Notes: generated from the sequence alone by a model not told the origin. A stretch of DNA of 64,000 bases from Melioribacteraceae bacterium (GCA_026983955.1 JALSTB010000013.1:17720-81719); one strand, 5' to 3'. Positions 24,342-34,295 are shown, counted from the stretch's first letter. Program-made: numbers and translations.

Positions 24342-24983
24342 ATGAAAATTAGTTTGAAATTCTTAATAGTTTTAATATCGGGAATAATATTTAATTGTTC
24401 CGGAAGCACAAAATTGCTTAACCCAAGTGATGAAGATTTAGGAATGAAGGCACCGGAAAAGTTCACTGTCGTATTCGTAACAACAAAAGGTGATATTAAA
24501 ATTGATGTAAAGCGAGAATATTCACCACTTGGAGTTGACAGATTTTATTTTTTGGCGAAAAATCATTATTACGATGGCAACAGGTTTTTCAGAGTTGTGC
24601 CGGATTTTGTAGTACAATGGGGTATTAACGGTAATCCGGAAATTAACAAGGTTTGGGAGAATGCGGGTATCGAAGACGAACCGGTAAAACTTAGTAACAA
24701 GAAAGGTACGATGGCTTTTGCCAGAGGCGGACCGGATACCCGGTCAAATCAATTGTTTATAAATTTAAAAGATAACTTGCGCCTCGATACCACGAATTTT
24801 ATGGGTGTAAAAGGGTTTCCTGCTTTCGGAAAAGTTGTCGATGGAATGAATGTGGTCGAATCGATCTACTCCGGTTACAGGGAATTACCAAACCAGGATT
24901 CAATTCAAATAAAAGGAAACGAATATTTGATGCGGAACTTTCCCGAATTGGATTACATTATTACTACGAAAATTATTGAATAA
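24342..24983 (+). CDS. Cyclophilin-type peptidyl-prolyl cis-trans isomerase, secreted
   Basis: I chose the start at the ATG preceded by GGAGA, because the ORF track begins at a TTG at 24306. Cyclophilin motifs are present: FFRVVPDFVVQWG, GTMAFARGGPDTRSNQLFINL. Confidence 0.85.
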   Translation: MKISLKFLIVLISGIIFNCSGSTKLLNPSDEDLGMKAPEKFTVVFVTTKGDIKIDVKREYSPLGVDRFYFLAKNHYYDGNRFFRVVPDFVVQWGINGNPEINKVWENAGIEDEPVKLSNKKGTMAFARGGPDTRSNQLFINLKDNLRLDTTNFMGVKGFPAFGKVVDGMNVVESIYSGYRELPNQDSIQIKGNEYLMRNFPELDYIITTKIIE

Positions 24984-25013
24984 ATTATAAAATATTAAAA
25001 AAAGGTTAATCAA

Positions 25014-25625
25014 ATGAAATATAAATTAATTTTTGTTTATCTTGCCGTATTTGCATTTATTTTGTTGGCGATAGTTTTTTTCGATAGCAGGAATAATAAT
25101 AGCGAACGTACAAAGAAAATACCCGCGGACATCCAACAAAAAGAAATGCCGCAAGATGCAATACATAAAGGACTTGGAAATCCGGCAGCCGGACAACCGT
25201 CGCGCGAGAATGTTTTGGCCTCTGTAAAAGAAAAAATGAAAAAACTGGAAGAGGCAATAGCCAATAATCCGGACGATACCGTAAAAATCCGTGAATATGC
25301 CAATTTCCTGCTAGCTGCTCACAAACCTGAAAAAGCTTTGAAGTATTATAATATGATTCTCGATAAAAATCCCGAAAGGACTGATATTCTGCTTTCGGTA
25401 ACTTCAATTTATTTCAACAAAGGTGATTACAAGAAAGCCGAAGAAACCACAAGGCAAATACTCCGTTATGATAAAAACAATCTCGAAGCACAATATAATT
25501 TGGGCGTAATTTTTGCAGTAACCGGTAAAAAGAGTGAAGCTGAAATCATATGGAAAGATTTGATTGAAAAACATCCGGGTACGGAAGTGGCCAACTTGGC
25601 TAAAAGTGCATTACAAAAATTATAA
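25014..25625 (+). CDS. Membrane-anchored TPR-repeat protein
   Basis: 203 aa with an N-terminal TM helix. It has TPR-like repeats (ALKYYNMILDKNPERTD, YFNKGDYKKAEE, AQYNLGVIFAVTGKKSEA). Confidence 0.75.
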   Translation: MKYKLIFVYLAVFAFILLAIVFFDSRNNNSERTKKIPADIQQKEMPQDAIHKGLGNPAAGQPSRENVLASVKEKMKKLEEAIANNPDDTVKIREYANFLLAAHKPEKALKYYNMILDKNPERTDILLSVTSIYFNKGDYKKAEETTRQILRYDKNNLEAQYNLGVIFAVTGKKSEAEIIWKDLIEKHPGTEVANLAKSALQKL

Positions 25626-25630
25626 AAGAT

Positions 25631-25652
25631 AAGGGCGCAGTAAAGCGCCCTT
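25631..25652. terminator. Bidirectional rho-independent-type hairpin between convergent genes
   Basis: AAGGGCGC-agtaaa-GCGCCCTT, a perfect 8-bp GC-rich stem. It lies between the TPR gene stop (25625) and the POT transporter stop (25658). Confidence 0.7.
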
Positions 25653-25657
25653 AATGT

Positions 25658-27157
25658 TTATTCGGTAGCTTCTTTCAATCTTTTCAAAAATATTAAAATC
25701 AATCCTGCTGAGATAAGTGAAGTAATTACAAGCAAACCGAAGAATTGCCAAAGTTCCCAGTTCTGGTAAAATCTTCCAATAAAACCGGAAAGGTAATTAC
25801 CAACGGCAGTAGCTCCAAACCACAAACCCATCATCAAACCTTTGATTTTAGGTGGGGCAACCTTCGATACAAAGGACAAACCCATAGGACTCAAATGCAG
25901 CTCGCCAATGGTTACAACGAAATATGATGAAATTAACCAGAAAGGTGAAACCGTAACGGGTGATGCACCGCTTAACGAATAAGCCGGTGGCAAACCTACA
26001 GAAGCAATTACCATTATTAAAAAAGCCAATGCGGTATAAAGCATTCCCAAACCTATTTTGGCTGGAGAGGAAGGTTCTTTTCCTTTTTTATTCAAATAGC
26101 GGAAAAAGCCGACAATTATAGGCGTAAGCAAAACAATAAACATCGGATTAAAAACTTGGAATTGCTCGGGGGCAATCTCATTATGGTCGCCTAGCGTGGA
26201 AATTTTGATTGCCAAAATTACCAAACCTATAACAACAGCAATTCCGGCAAATGTTTTGGCTTTCCCGTTGGCATTTTTCGAAAGCAAATAACCTCCGCCC
26301 AAAAGTACGGCTAGCAAGCCGTGAATTCCGAAGAAATCGAACAATACGAACACATATTTGCTAACAATGTGATTCGTATAATCTCGGGCAAATAATGTTA
26401 ACGCCGCTCCGTTCTGATGGAAAGACATCCAAAAGAAAATTACAATTGCGAATATTGTCAACAAAGCCCAGATACGGGAACGTTCTTGTTCTTTGGTCAA
26501 CACTATGTCTTTTTCGTGATTTGTTTCGTGTTTGGATTGATAATCCGCTTCTTTGTAGTATTTTTTGAAAACCGTGAAAATAATTAAGGAAATCAACATG
26601 CCGATACCGGCAACGGCAAAACCGGCATTGTAACCTTCCGCTAATGTGGCGCCGAAATGATCCATCATAAATTGTTTTATACCACTTGCAGCTTGCGGCG
26701 CGTAAAATGCTCCGATATTTATTCCCATATAAAAAATATTGTAACCCGCATCTTTAATTGAGCCGTCTTTATGTGAATAAAGGTTACCGACCAATACCGA
26801 AATGTTGGCTTTAAATAACCCGTTGCCTATTACAACAACGGCAAGTGCAATATATAATTGAAAAGGCTCGCTTGTGGGAATTGCCATCAGCAAATATCCG
26901 ATTGCCATGGTAATGGCGCCGATTGTTATTGTTTTTCCGTATCCTAAAAGATTATCCGCAATCCATCCGCCGAGAATCGGTGCGAAATAAACTGCGGCAA
27001 GGAATGTACCGTAAACACTTGTAACTGTGGTAGTATCCCATTTGAAATTTTCTTGAAGATACAAAACAAAAATTGCCAGCATGGTGTAAAAACCGAAGCG
27101 TTCCCACATTTCGGTGAAAAACAGTACCGGAAGACCTTTCGGATGATTTTTAAACAT
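25658..27157 (-). CDS. POT/PTR-family proton-dependent di/tripeptide transporter
   Basis: 499 aa MFS-type protein. It has the N-terminal signature FFTEMWERFGFYTMLAIFVLYL (ExxERFxYY motif). Confidence 0.9.
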   Translation of the reverse strand: MFKNHPKGLPVLFFTEMWERFGFYTMLAIFVLYLQENFKWDTTTVTSVYGTFLAAVYFAPILGGWIADNLLGYGKTITIGAITMAIGYLLMAIPTSEPFQLYIALAVVVIGNGLFKANISVLVGNLYSHKDGSIKDAGYNIFYMGINIGAFYAPQAASGIKQFMMDHFGATLAEGYNAGFAVAGIGMLISLIIFTVFKKYYKEADYQSKHETNHEKDIVLTKEQERSRIWALLTIFAIVIFFWMSFHQNGAALTLFARDYTNHIVSKYVFVLFDFFGIHGLLAVLLGGGYLLSKNANGKAKTFAGIAVVIGLVILAIKISTLGDHNEIAPEQFQVFNPMFIVLLTPIIVGFFRYLNKKGKEPSSPAKIGLGMLYTALAFLIMVIASVGLPPAYSLSGASPVTVSPFWLISSYFVVTIGELHLSPMGLSFVSKVAPPKIKGLMMGLWFGATAVGNYLSGFIGRFYQNWELWQFFGLLVITSLISAGLILIFLKRLKEATE

Positions 27158-27364
27158 ATATTCTCCTTAGCTGTTTACGAAAAATTGACATTTCCGGGAT
27201 AGCTGAATATCAACCCGTTGAAGTTTCGGCAAAAATACATAATTAATGATAAATATAAAACATACAAAACAAGGAAACTTTCACTAATTCCGGCTGTAGC
27301 ACAACATAAAAGGGTTTTATTTGAATATTTGTCAATCTGAAATTCGCTTGCTATATTTGGTTTT

Positions 27365-28096
27365 ATGAAAAAGATAATTAAAAGAATTTTAATTGCGCTG
27401 ACTTCAATTGTTTTGCTTTTTGCCGCGGTAGTAATTATTGCCGATAAAGTAATAATGCCGGAAGTTGTTGACCGTCCGGAAGTTGTGGTTCCGGATTTGG
27501 TTGGAATGCACAAAGACGAAGCGGTAAAGAAATTGGAAGAATTGGATCTCATCCCCGTGTTGGAAGGACCCCGCTACAATAACAAATTTCCGAAAGACCA
27601 CGTTATTTTTCAGAAGCCGCTGAAAAACACAACTGTGAAAGTTAAACGCAGAATTTACTTGGCAATAAGCGGCGGCGATCCGTTGGTGAAGGTTCCCGAC
27701 TTGGAATACAAAACCCTTCGTGATGCGAAAATTACAATCGAAAGATTGGGGTTGAAGGTAGGAAATATCCGGGAAGTCCGTTCGGAAGCAAAGTCCGGTA
27801 TGATTGTCGGGCAAAATCCGCACCCCGGTTTAAATGTGGAAAAGGGATCGGTAATAGATTTAAAAGTCAGTATTGGACCGAACGTAGGGAAAGTACGAGT
27901 ACCCGATTTGATGGGGAAAACATTACACGAGGCAGAGAGGGAATTGAGAAACAATTCATTGTACCTCGGCAAAGTGAATTATCAGGAGTCACCGAATCTT
28001 TTACCTAATACCGTAATAGCCCAGTATCCCAGTAAAGGTACTTTGGTTGAAACTGGCGAAACGGTTGATGTATTCGTAACAAAAAGTTCCAAATAA
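27365..28096 (+). CDS. Membrane-anchored stand-alone PASTA-domain protein (three PASTA repeats)
   Basis: 243 aa with an N-terminal TM helix. It has three repeats of about 65 aa, beginning VPDLVGMHKDEA, VPDLEYKTLRDA and VPDLMGKTLHEA. No kinase or transpeptidase domain is present. Confidence 0.8.
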   Translation: MKKIIKRILIALTSIVLLFAAVVIIADKVIMPEVVDRPEVVVPDLVGMHKDEAVKKLEELDLIPVLEGPRYNNKFPKDHVIFQKPLKNTTVKVKRRIYLAISGGDPLVKVPDLEYKTLRDAKITIERLGLKVGNIREVRSEAKSGMIVGQNPHPGLNVEKGSVIDLKVSIGPNVGKVRVPDLMGKTLHEAERELRNNSLYLGKVNYQESPNLLPNTVIAQYPSKGTLVETGETVDVFVTKSSK

Positions 28097-28104
28097 CGGA
28101 GAAA

Positions 28105-28764
28105 TTGTTGAAATTATTAGCACCTTCAATCTTATCGGCCGATTTTTCCAACTTATCCAGGGAAATCCGGTATGTAGAATTAGCCGGAGCGGATATTATT
28201 CACTGCGATGTAATGGACGGCAAATTTGTACCGAATATTACTTTCGGTCCGCTAGTGGTTTCGGCTGTAAATAAAATTACCGGTTTACCTCTCGATGTTC
28301 ATTTAATGATTGAAAATCCCGACTTGCATCTCGAAGCATTTGTGAATGCCGGTGCCGATTACATTACCGTACATCAAGAGGAAGTTATCCACTTAAACAG
28401 AACACTGAACAAAATTAAAGAATTGGGAGCCAAAGCAGGTGTTGCAATTAATCCTGCCACACCGGTGGAAACTCTCACGGAAGTTCTAGATTTGGCAGAC
28501 TTGATTTTGGTTATGTCGGTCAATCCGGGTTTCGGTGGTCAACAATTCATACCAAATTCGATTACTAAAATCCGGAAGTTAAGCGACTTGAAACAAAAAT
28601 ACGGTTATAAATACTTAATCGAAGTTGACGGAGGTATAAATAAAAATACTATTCAACAAGCTTCGGATGCGGGATGTAATGTTTTTGTTGCCGGGTCGTC
28701 GATTTTTTCAGCCGATAATATTTCTGCAGCTGCTACGGAACTGAAAAATTTAATTCAACAATAA
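28105..28764 (+). CDS. rpe: Ribulose-phosphate 3-epimerase
   Basis: 219 aa with the motifs APSILSADF, HCDVMDGKFVPNITFG, DVHLM, MSVNPGFGGQ and EVDGGIN. The start is TTG at 28105 or 28108. Confidence 0.95.
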   Translation: MLKLLAPSILSADFSNLSREIRYVELAGADIIHCDVMDGKFVPNITFGPLVVSAVNKITGLPLDVHLMIENPDLHLEAFVNAGADYITVHQEEVIHLNRTLNKIKELGAKAGVAINPATPVETLTEVLDLADLILVMSVNPGFGGQQFIPNSITKIRKLSDLKQKYGYKYLIEVDGGINKNTIQQASDAGCNVFVAGSSIFSADNISAAATELKNLIQQ

Positions 28765-28771
28765 ACTCCGC

Positions 28772-29959
28772 TTAAAATACGTTGGAAATAATTTTATAAG
28801 CACCGACGTAGGTTCCCAATGCACTGCCCAGACTAGTTAGAATGAAAACCAAAAAAACTTTCAGAAGGCGGTTTTTCCACCACATTGAAATTTTATTGAA
28901 ATCATCTGTTAGAGTTTCAAACTCTTTAACCTTCGGGGGACTGAAATAAGCTTGAACAAAAGCGGCAACATATCCGGCACCGATAACCGGAGTTAAACTT
29001 GTAAGCGGAGCTGCGAAAAATACGGAAATAATGGTTACCGGATGTGCCAATGCAATTATTGCTCCTATTGCGCTTGGAATTCCGTTTGCCAAAATCCAAA
29101 ACAGTGAATTAGCTTTTGCAGCAAGAATTCCTTGCGTAAAACCTATATAAATTAATGACCCGATTATTACTGCCGGTATGCCCCAACCGATAATTTTCAG
29201 TAATGGGGAAGGCGGTGGAATTTGAACTATTTCTTCCAAATCAAAAGTTTGCGCCGATTTAAGTTTTTCAATGATTCCTTTTACATGCCCGGCGCCAACA
29301 ACCGCAACAATATTTTTGCCTTCTGCATTACGCATTTTTTCGGTGATGTATGTATCGCGTTCATCAATCAATACTTCTTTCAACACAGGCATAACTTTGC
29401 CAAGTTCAGCCATAAGTTCGTTGAGTATGTCTTTTTCTTTTAGCTTTTCCAGCTCTTCTTCAGTAATTTCCTGTTTTTCGAAAACACCGGCCAAACCGGA
29501 AAAGAGAAATTTAAGTTTTTGGAAAAGCGACATCTTATTCCACGCACGTTTAAGCGTTATTTTTACATCCCGGTCGCACAGAACAATTGGAATATTGTTA
29601 TCTTGTGCAACTTGAGTGGCAACCAATAATTCCGTACCTGGTGATACCCCCAATTTTTTTCCTAATTTTTTCTGGTATGATGCAAGGATTAAATTAACTA
29701 CAAGAGTGGTAAGTTGCTTGTTTTTGATTATCTCTTTTATATCGAGTTCTTGCCAACGTTTTTTATTCGATAAAGCTTCATACCTTTGTTTGTCAAGTTC
29801 CACGCAAACAGTGTCGGGCTTTTCTTCTTCAATTACTTTCTTTACCAAATCCGCCGATTTTTGCGAGATGTGCGCAGTTCCGATGATAGTGAAATTTTTA
29901 CCGCTTACATTAATTCTTGTAATGTCATCAGAAACAATTTTAATATTTTTATATTCCAA
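28772..29959 (-). CDS. TraB/GumN-family protein
   Basis: 395 aa with the N-terminal motif FTIIGTAHISQKSADLV. The middle region has VAVVGAGHVKGI. C-terminal TM segments are present. Confidence 0.8.
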   Translation of the reverse strand: MEYKNIKIVSDDITRINVSGKNFTIIGTAHISQKSADLVKKVIEEEKPDTVCVELDKQRYEALSNKKRWQELDIKEIIKNKQLTTLVVNLILASYQKKLGKKLGVSPGTELLVATQVAQDNNIPIVLCDRDVKITLKRAWNKMSLFQKLKFLFSGLAGVFEKQEITEEELEKLKEKDILNELMAELGKVMPVLKEVLIDERDTYITEKMRNAEGKNIVAVVGAGHVKGIIEKLKSAQTFDLEEIVQIPPPSPLLKIIGWGIPAVIIGSLIYIGFTQGILAAKANSLFWILANGIPSAIGAIIALAHPVTIISVFFAAPLTSLTPVIGAGYVAAFVQAYFSPPKVKEFETLTDDFNKISMWWKNRLLKVFLVFILTSLGSALGTYVGAYKIISNVF

Positions 29960-29979
29960 TATTAACCTTAAAATATTAA

Positions 29980-30402
29980 TTACATAAATTGTCTTTTAAA
30001 CTTATCAGGTGTACTTGCAATTTTTTTTGTTTGCATATCAAAAAACACGATTCCGGTTTTAACGGCCGCAACCATTTTGCCGGTTTCTTTGTTGGAAATT
30101 TTGTAAAAAATGTCGCAGCCTTTGTTTTCAATATTACCAACGTTTATTTCGATTATTAAAACATCCCCGTAAAAACTTTCCCGGATGAAATTGATAAGTG
30201 CATCAACCATCAAAATACTTTTGCCGTCGATATCGAGTTCCGTAAAACCCAAATGATTGAAAAACCGCACCCGGGCTTCGTGAACAATTGAAAGTACCGA
30301 ATCGTTACCGAGGTGACCGCCGTAATTCAAATCGGTTACCCTTACGGGTATTTCAGTTTCGAAAATATATTTATCCGGTAAATTTACTTTTATTCTGGGC
30401 AT
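29980..30402 (-). CDS. 4HBT/hotdog-fold acyl-CoA thioesterase
   Basis: 140 aa. The pattern VRVTDLNYGGHLGNDSVLSIVHEARVRFF is typical of YbgC-like thioesterases. Confidence 0.75.
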   Translation of the reverse strand: MPRIKVNLPDKYIFETEIPVRVTDLNYGGHLGNDSVLSIVHEARVRFFNHLGFTELDIDGKSILMVDALINFIRESFYGDVLIIEINVGNIENKGCDIFYKISNKETGKMVAAVKTGIVFFDMQTKKIASTPDKFKRQFM

Positions 30403-30414
30403 AAAATTTTAATC

Positions 30415-31863
30415 TCAATATTTCCGTTTCCAAGTTGAAGGAAGGAAAAAGATAATAAGTCCGTATATTTCCAATCTTCCTAAAATCATAGTTAATGAAT
30501 AAACCCATTTGCCGAGGGCGGGTATTGCGGAATAATTTTCCAAAGAACCTACGATTCCCAAACCGGGACCCACATTCCCCATCATTGCGGCGGCGCCGGA
30601 GTAAGCAGAAATCATATCCACTCCCATAGCTGTAACAGATAAACCCGAGAGGGCAACTACAAAAATGTAAGTCAAAATATAAAGTATGGTTGAATTAACC
30701 AACTCTTCATCAACTTTCTTTTTATCCATGGTAATGGTAATAACGGCATTGGGATGCAATGTTTGTTTGATTTTTTTCTCAAGTGATTTGATGAAAATAA
30801 TTATTCTGTCAACTTTAATTCCGCCCGAAGTGGAGCCAGCGGATGCGCATTGTAAAGTTAAAATTACCAGAATCATTTGGGAAAACGGCGGCCATACGGA
30901 CGAATCGGCATTGGCGAATCCCGTTGACGTACCGACAGATAAAACTTGAAAGGCACTGTAGCGTAACGCTTCCCAATAACTGCTGTAGTTGTTTGAATAG
31001 GTATTCAGACTAACCAAAAAGATTACGATAATATTTATCCCAACATAATATTTTGCCACTGTGGAAACTTTAACATCTTCGAACTTACCGGTAACCGCAG
31101 AAAACAACAAAGCGAAATTCATTCCGGAAAGAAGCATAAATATCATTATGATAATTTCAACCGTTAACGAGTGGAATGCAGCCACACTTGAATTTTTGGT
31201 GGAAAAACCCCCGGTTGCAACCGTTGAAAATGCGTGCGTGATTGCATCGAATAGATTTAATCCCGCCAATAACAACAAAGACGTTTCTATAACAGTTATA
31301 CCCAAGTAAATCCATAGAATTAATCTTACGGCATCGCGACTTCTCATTTTAAATTGACGCAAAGCCGCGGGTGACATTTCCGACCGGTAAAGAATCATAC
31401 CTGCACTGCCCAGCGAAGGCATTACCGATAACACGAAAATGATTATGCCCATTCCGCCAATCCAGTGTGTGGAAGCGCGCCAGAATAGAATTCCAAGCGG
31501 TAAAGACTCAATTTCAGTAAGAATGGAAGCGCCTGTTGTGGTATATCCCGAAACGCTTTCGAACCATGCATTTGTAATTGTAAACTCTCCGCCCCACATA
31601 ACGTAAGGAATCATTCCCAATAAACAAGAAAGCAGCCAACTGCCCACCACAATCAGCAAACCCTCAATATGTGTTATATCGTCAACAGCAGGCACAAAAA
31701 TTATCGGGAAAATACCGAATAAGACAGCAATGATTGTGGTGTACAACAACGGGAAGAGGGAAGATTCGTTATAATAAAATGAAATTCCGCTTGAAACCAA
31801 TAGGAATAATGCATTCAACAAAATTACAAAACCGATATACCGGAAGATAACGTACAGCCTCAT
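30415..31863 (-). CDS. trkH: TrkH/KtrB-family potassium uptake membrane subunit
   Basis: 482 aa polytopic protein with repeated pore-loop motifs (SGYTTTGAS, VATGGFST, VGTSTGFA, SAGSTSGGIK). Confidence 0.9.
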   Translation of the reverse strand: MRLYVIFRYIGFVILLNALFLLVSSGISFYYNESSLFPLLYTTIIAVLFGIFPIIFVPAVDDITHIEGLLIVVGSWLLSCLLGMIPYVMWGGEFTITNAWFESVSGYTTTGASILTEIESLPLGILFWRASTHWIGGMGIIIFVLSVMPSLGSAGMILYRSEMSPAALRQFKMRSRDAVRLILWIYLGITVIETSLLLLAGLNLFDAITHAFSTVATGGFSTKNSSVAAFHSLTVEIIIMIFMLLSGMNFALLFSAVTGKFEDVKVSTVAKYYVGINIIVIFLVSLNTYSNNYSSYWEALRYSAFQVLSVGTSTGFANADSSVWPPFSQMILVILTLQCASAGSTSGGIKVDRIIIFIKSLEKKIKQTLHPNAVITITMDKKKVDEELVNSTILYILTYIFVVALSGLSVTAMGVDMISAYSGAAAMMGNVGPGLGIVGSLENYSAIPALGKWVYSLTMILGRLEIYGLIIFFLPSTWKRKY

Positions 31864-32621
31864 TATTCTTGGATATCCTTATCAACGTGCGAAGTTAGTA
31901 AGTAGATTGATTCGGTCAATCTTGCAATTTCATCATCGGTTACAGGCCGGAATGTAAGCGGCACTCCTTTCGAAATAAAATCGTCAACTTGCTTTTTCAA
32001 TATTATTATAGGTTTAATCATGTAATGATTGACGAAATAATTGAAGAGCAATGTGAATACGATCGCAGCGATAATTGCAACAACTCCGGGAATAATTGCC
32101 CTCCGTGTTCTGTCCTTTATTTCCTGCGCGGTTGAAATCATTTTGACCTGATTGATTTCAATCAGTTTGTTGATTTTTTCCTGCACACTGTCGAATAACG
32201 GTTTTACGTTCTCTTTATACCATTTTAATTTCTCACCGCTGGTATGTGAAGGATTATTGAATGTGTGCCAGTTAGCATAATATTTTTTGTAGAGCCTTTC
32301 TATTTGGCTTAATAGTTCCTTTTCTTCTTTTGTAATTTTATATTTTTCAATTTGATTAAGAATACTTAAAAAATCATTACCGTACTTATCGAAGTTGAAT
32401 TGTGAGGAATTCTCCAAAAAATTCAATAATGCTTTCCGGTCGTTACTTTCCAAGAGTTCATTGATCGATTTTGCGAAACCTATTTTCTCGTAGCGTGAGC
32501 CGATAATATCTTCCAAGCTCTCACTGAAATATTTCATCTGAAAAATGGACCAGGCTCCAGCAACAAATAGCATAATTGCCAATATTGCAAAACCGGAAAG
32601 AATTTTATATCTGAGTTTCAT
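31863..32621 (-). CDS. Sensor stub: four-helix-bundle periplasmic domain, TM helix and HAMP domain, with no output domain
   Basis: 252 aa with an MCP-like N-terminus, MKLRYKILSGFAILAIMLFVAGAWSIF. It has a second TM helix, then a HAMP-like segment KPIIILKKQVDDFISKGVPLTFRPVTDDEIARLTESIYLL. Its stop overlaps the trkH ATG (TAATG). Confidence 0.7.
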   Translation of the reverse strand: MKLRYKILSGFAILAIMLFVAGAWSIFQMKYFSESLEDIIGSRYEKIGFAKSINELLESNDRKALLNFLENSSQFNFDKYGNDFLSILNQIEKYKITKEEKELLSQIERLYKKYYANWHTFNNPSHTSGEKLKWYKENVKPLFDSVQEKINKLIEINQVKMISTAQEIKDRTRRAIIPGVVAIIAAIVFTLLFNYFVNHYMIKPIIILKKQVDDFISKGVPLTFRPVTDDEIARLTESIYLLTSHVDKDIQE

Positions 32622-32800
32622 AAAAACACCGAATTTTATTCATTTCCAAAATTAAAATATAACAAAACCAGCGAAAATAATTTTATTACTTTACGTTATT
32701 TCTATGCGAAATCCACAAAATTTATTGAATCCTTTACCGCTAAACAGCATCAAATCAATTTGGTTTGAATTATTTTACATCATAAAACAAAGGGAGTAAA

Positions 32801-33151
32801 ATGTTACAGACAAATCTTACCCACATCACATCAGAAGAACAATTCAACGAAATTTTACAAAATAACGAAAACGTAATGATATGCTGCGGCAGAATGGGTC
32901 CGATGTGTGTGCCGGTTTACGAAATTATGGAAGAATTGGAAAATGAATATACCCATGTGAAATTTGCCGATATGGAATTTGATATTCCGGCTGCACATGT
33001 AATAAGAAATTTACCGGAATGCCGGTCTTTTACCGGTTTGCCTTTCACGGTGTATTACAAAAACGGGAAGGTGGTGAAAGCTACAAGCAGCATCCAAAAC
33101 ATGGAACAAGTAACCTCAATATTGGATAGTGAATTCGGTAAAAACGAATAA
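32801..33151 (+). CDS. Thioredoxin-fold protein with non-canonical active-site region
   Basis: 116 aa with Trx-like topology and a conserved cis-Pro context (TGLPFTVYYKNGK). The WCGPC position reads CCGRMGPMC. Confidence 0.75.
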   Translation: MLQTNLTHITSEEQFNEILQNNENVMICCGRMGPMCVPVYEIMEELENEYTHVKFADMEFDIPAAHVIRNLPECRSFTGLPFTVYYKNGKVVKATSSIQNMEQVTSILDSEFGKNE

Positions 33152-33164
33152 CGGAAGAAAAATT

Positions 33165-34112
33165 ATGAGAAAATACGATTTTGATGTAATTGTGCTCGGC
33201 GGCGGTCCTGCCGGATTGACCGCCGGTATTTATCTATCGCGTGCGCGTGTGGATACGGCAATATTGAACGAGGGCACCGTTGGCGGTCAAACCGTTCTTA
33301 CCCATGAAATTGCAAATTATCCTGGTGTTGAAAATATTAACGGGTATCAGCTTGCAAGAATAATGAAGAACCAAGCTATACGGTTCGGCTGCACTGTCCG
33401 TTCTAACATAAAAGTAACGGGACTCGCTTTAACCGGCTCATTAAAAAAGATAGAAATCAATAATAAAGAAACATACACGGCAAAAGCAGTGATTATTGCA
33501 TCGGGCGGCCGCTCCCGTACACTTAACGTACCCGGTGAAGAAAAGTTCAAGGGACACGGAATTTCATATTGTGCCACATGCGATGGGGATTTTTTCACAG
33601 ACCAAAACATAATTGTAGTAGGGGGCGGTAATTCAGCTTTGGAAGAAGCCGTTGCACTTACCAAATATGCAAAGTCCGTTACAGTCGTTCATCAGTTCGA
33701 TCATTTTCAAGCATTTCCGCATGCGGTTAAGGAAGCAAAAGAAAATCCCAAAATAAATTTCATTATGGAATCGGAGATAATTGAATTTTTGGGTAGCGAT
33801 AAATTGGAATCTGTTAAAATAATCGATAAGAAAACCGGTAATGTTTCCACTATGAAAATAGACGGGGTTTTCATATTGATTGGTTATGTGCCTAATACGG
33901 AAATATTCAAGGAAATAATCGAATTGAATGAAAAGAACGAAATCATTGTTGATGAAAATTTAAAAACCAACATAGACGGAGTTTATGCTGCGGGTGATTC
34001 AATTCAAAAAAAATACCGCCAAATAACTACTGCGGTTGCCGACGGAACAATTGCCGCACTGAATACAATCGAATATCTAAACAAACAAAAACAAGAACCG
34101 GTAGAAGTTTAA
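33165..34112 (+). CDS. trxB: Thioredoxin-disulfide reductase
   Basis: I chose the start at MRKYDFDVIVLGGGPAGL, preceded by GGAAG, because the ORF track begins at 33129. It has the redox motif YCATCDGDFF, a second GxGxxA fold (IIVVGGGNSALEEA) and GVYAAGD. Confidence 0.95.
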   Translation: MRKYDFDVIVLGGGPAGLTAGIYLSRARVDTAILNEGTVGGQTVLTHEIANYPGVENINGYQLARIMKNQAIRFGCTVRSNIKVTGLALTGSLKKIEINNKETYTAKAVIIASGGRSRTLNVPGEEKFKGHGISYCATCDGDFFTDQNIIVVGGGNSALEEAVALTKYAKSVTVVHQFDHFQAFPHAVKEAKENPKINFIMESEIIEFLGSDKLESVKIIDKKTGNVSTMKIDGVFILIGYVPNTEIFKEIIELNEKNEIIVDENLKTNIDGVYAAGDSIQKKYRQITTAVADGTIAALNTIEYLNKQKQEPVEV

Positions 34113-34125
34113 CCTTAAAATTTTT

Positions 34126-34165
34126 GAAGAGGCAAGTTATAACTTGTCTCTTCACCCTCATTTTT
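34126..34165 (+). terminator. Rho-independent terminator after trxB
   Basis: GAAGAGGCAAGT-tata-ACTTGTCTCTTC, a 12-bp stem with one G-U pair. ACCCTCATTTTT follows it. Confidence 0.65.
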
Positions 34166-34295
34166 GAAAAACGTCATTCCCTCGAAATATTTGGATTTAC
34201 GTCTAATTATTTTCTCTTTATTCTTGCAAATAACGACCTAAAAGTATAGTTTTCAAAATTCATTCAGTTAAAATATTCACCAAAAAGAGGATAAG

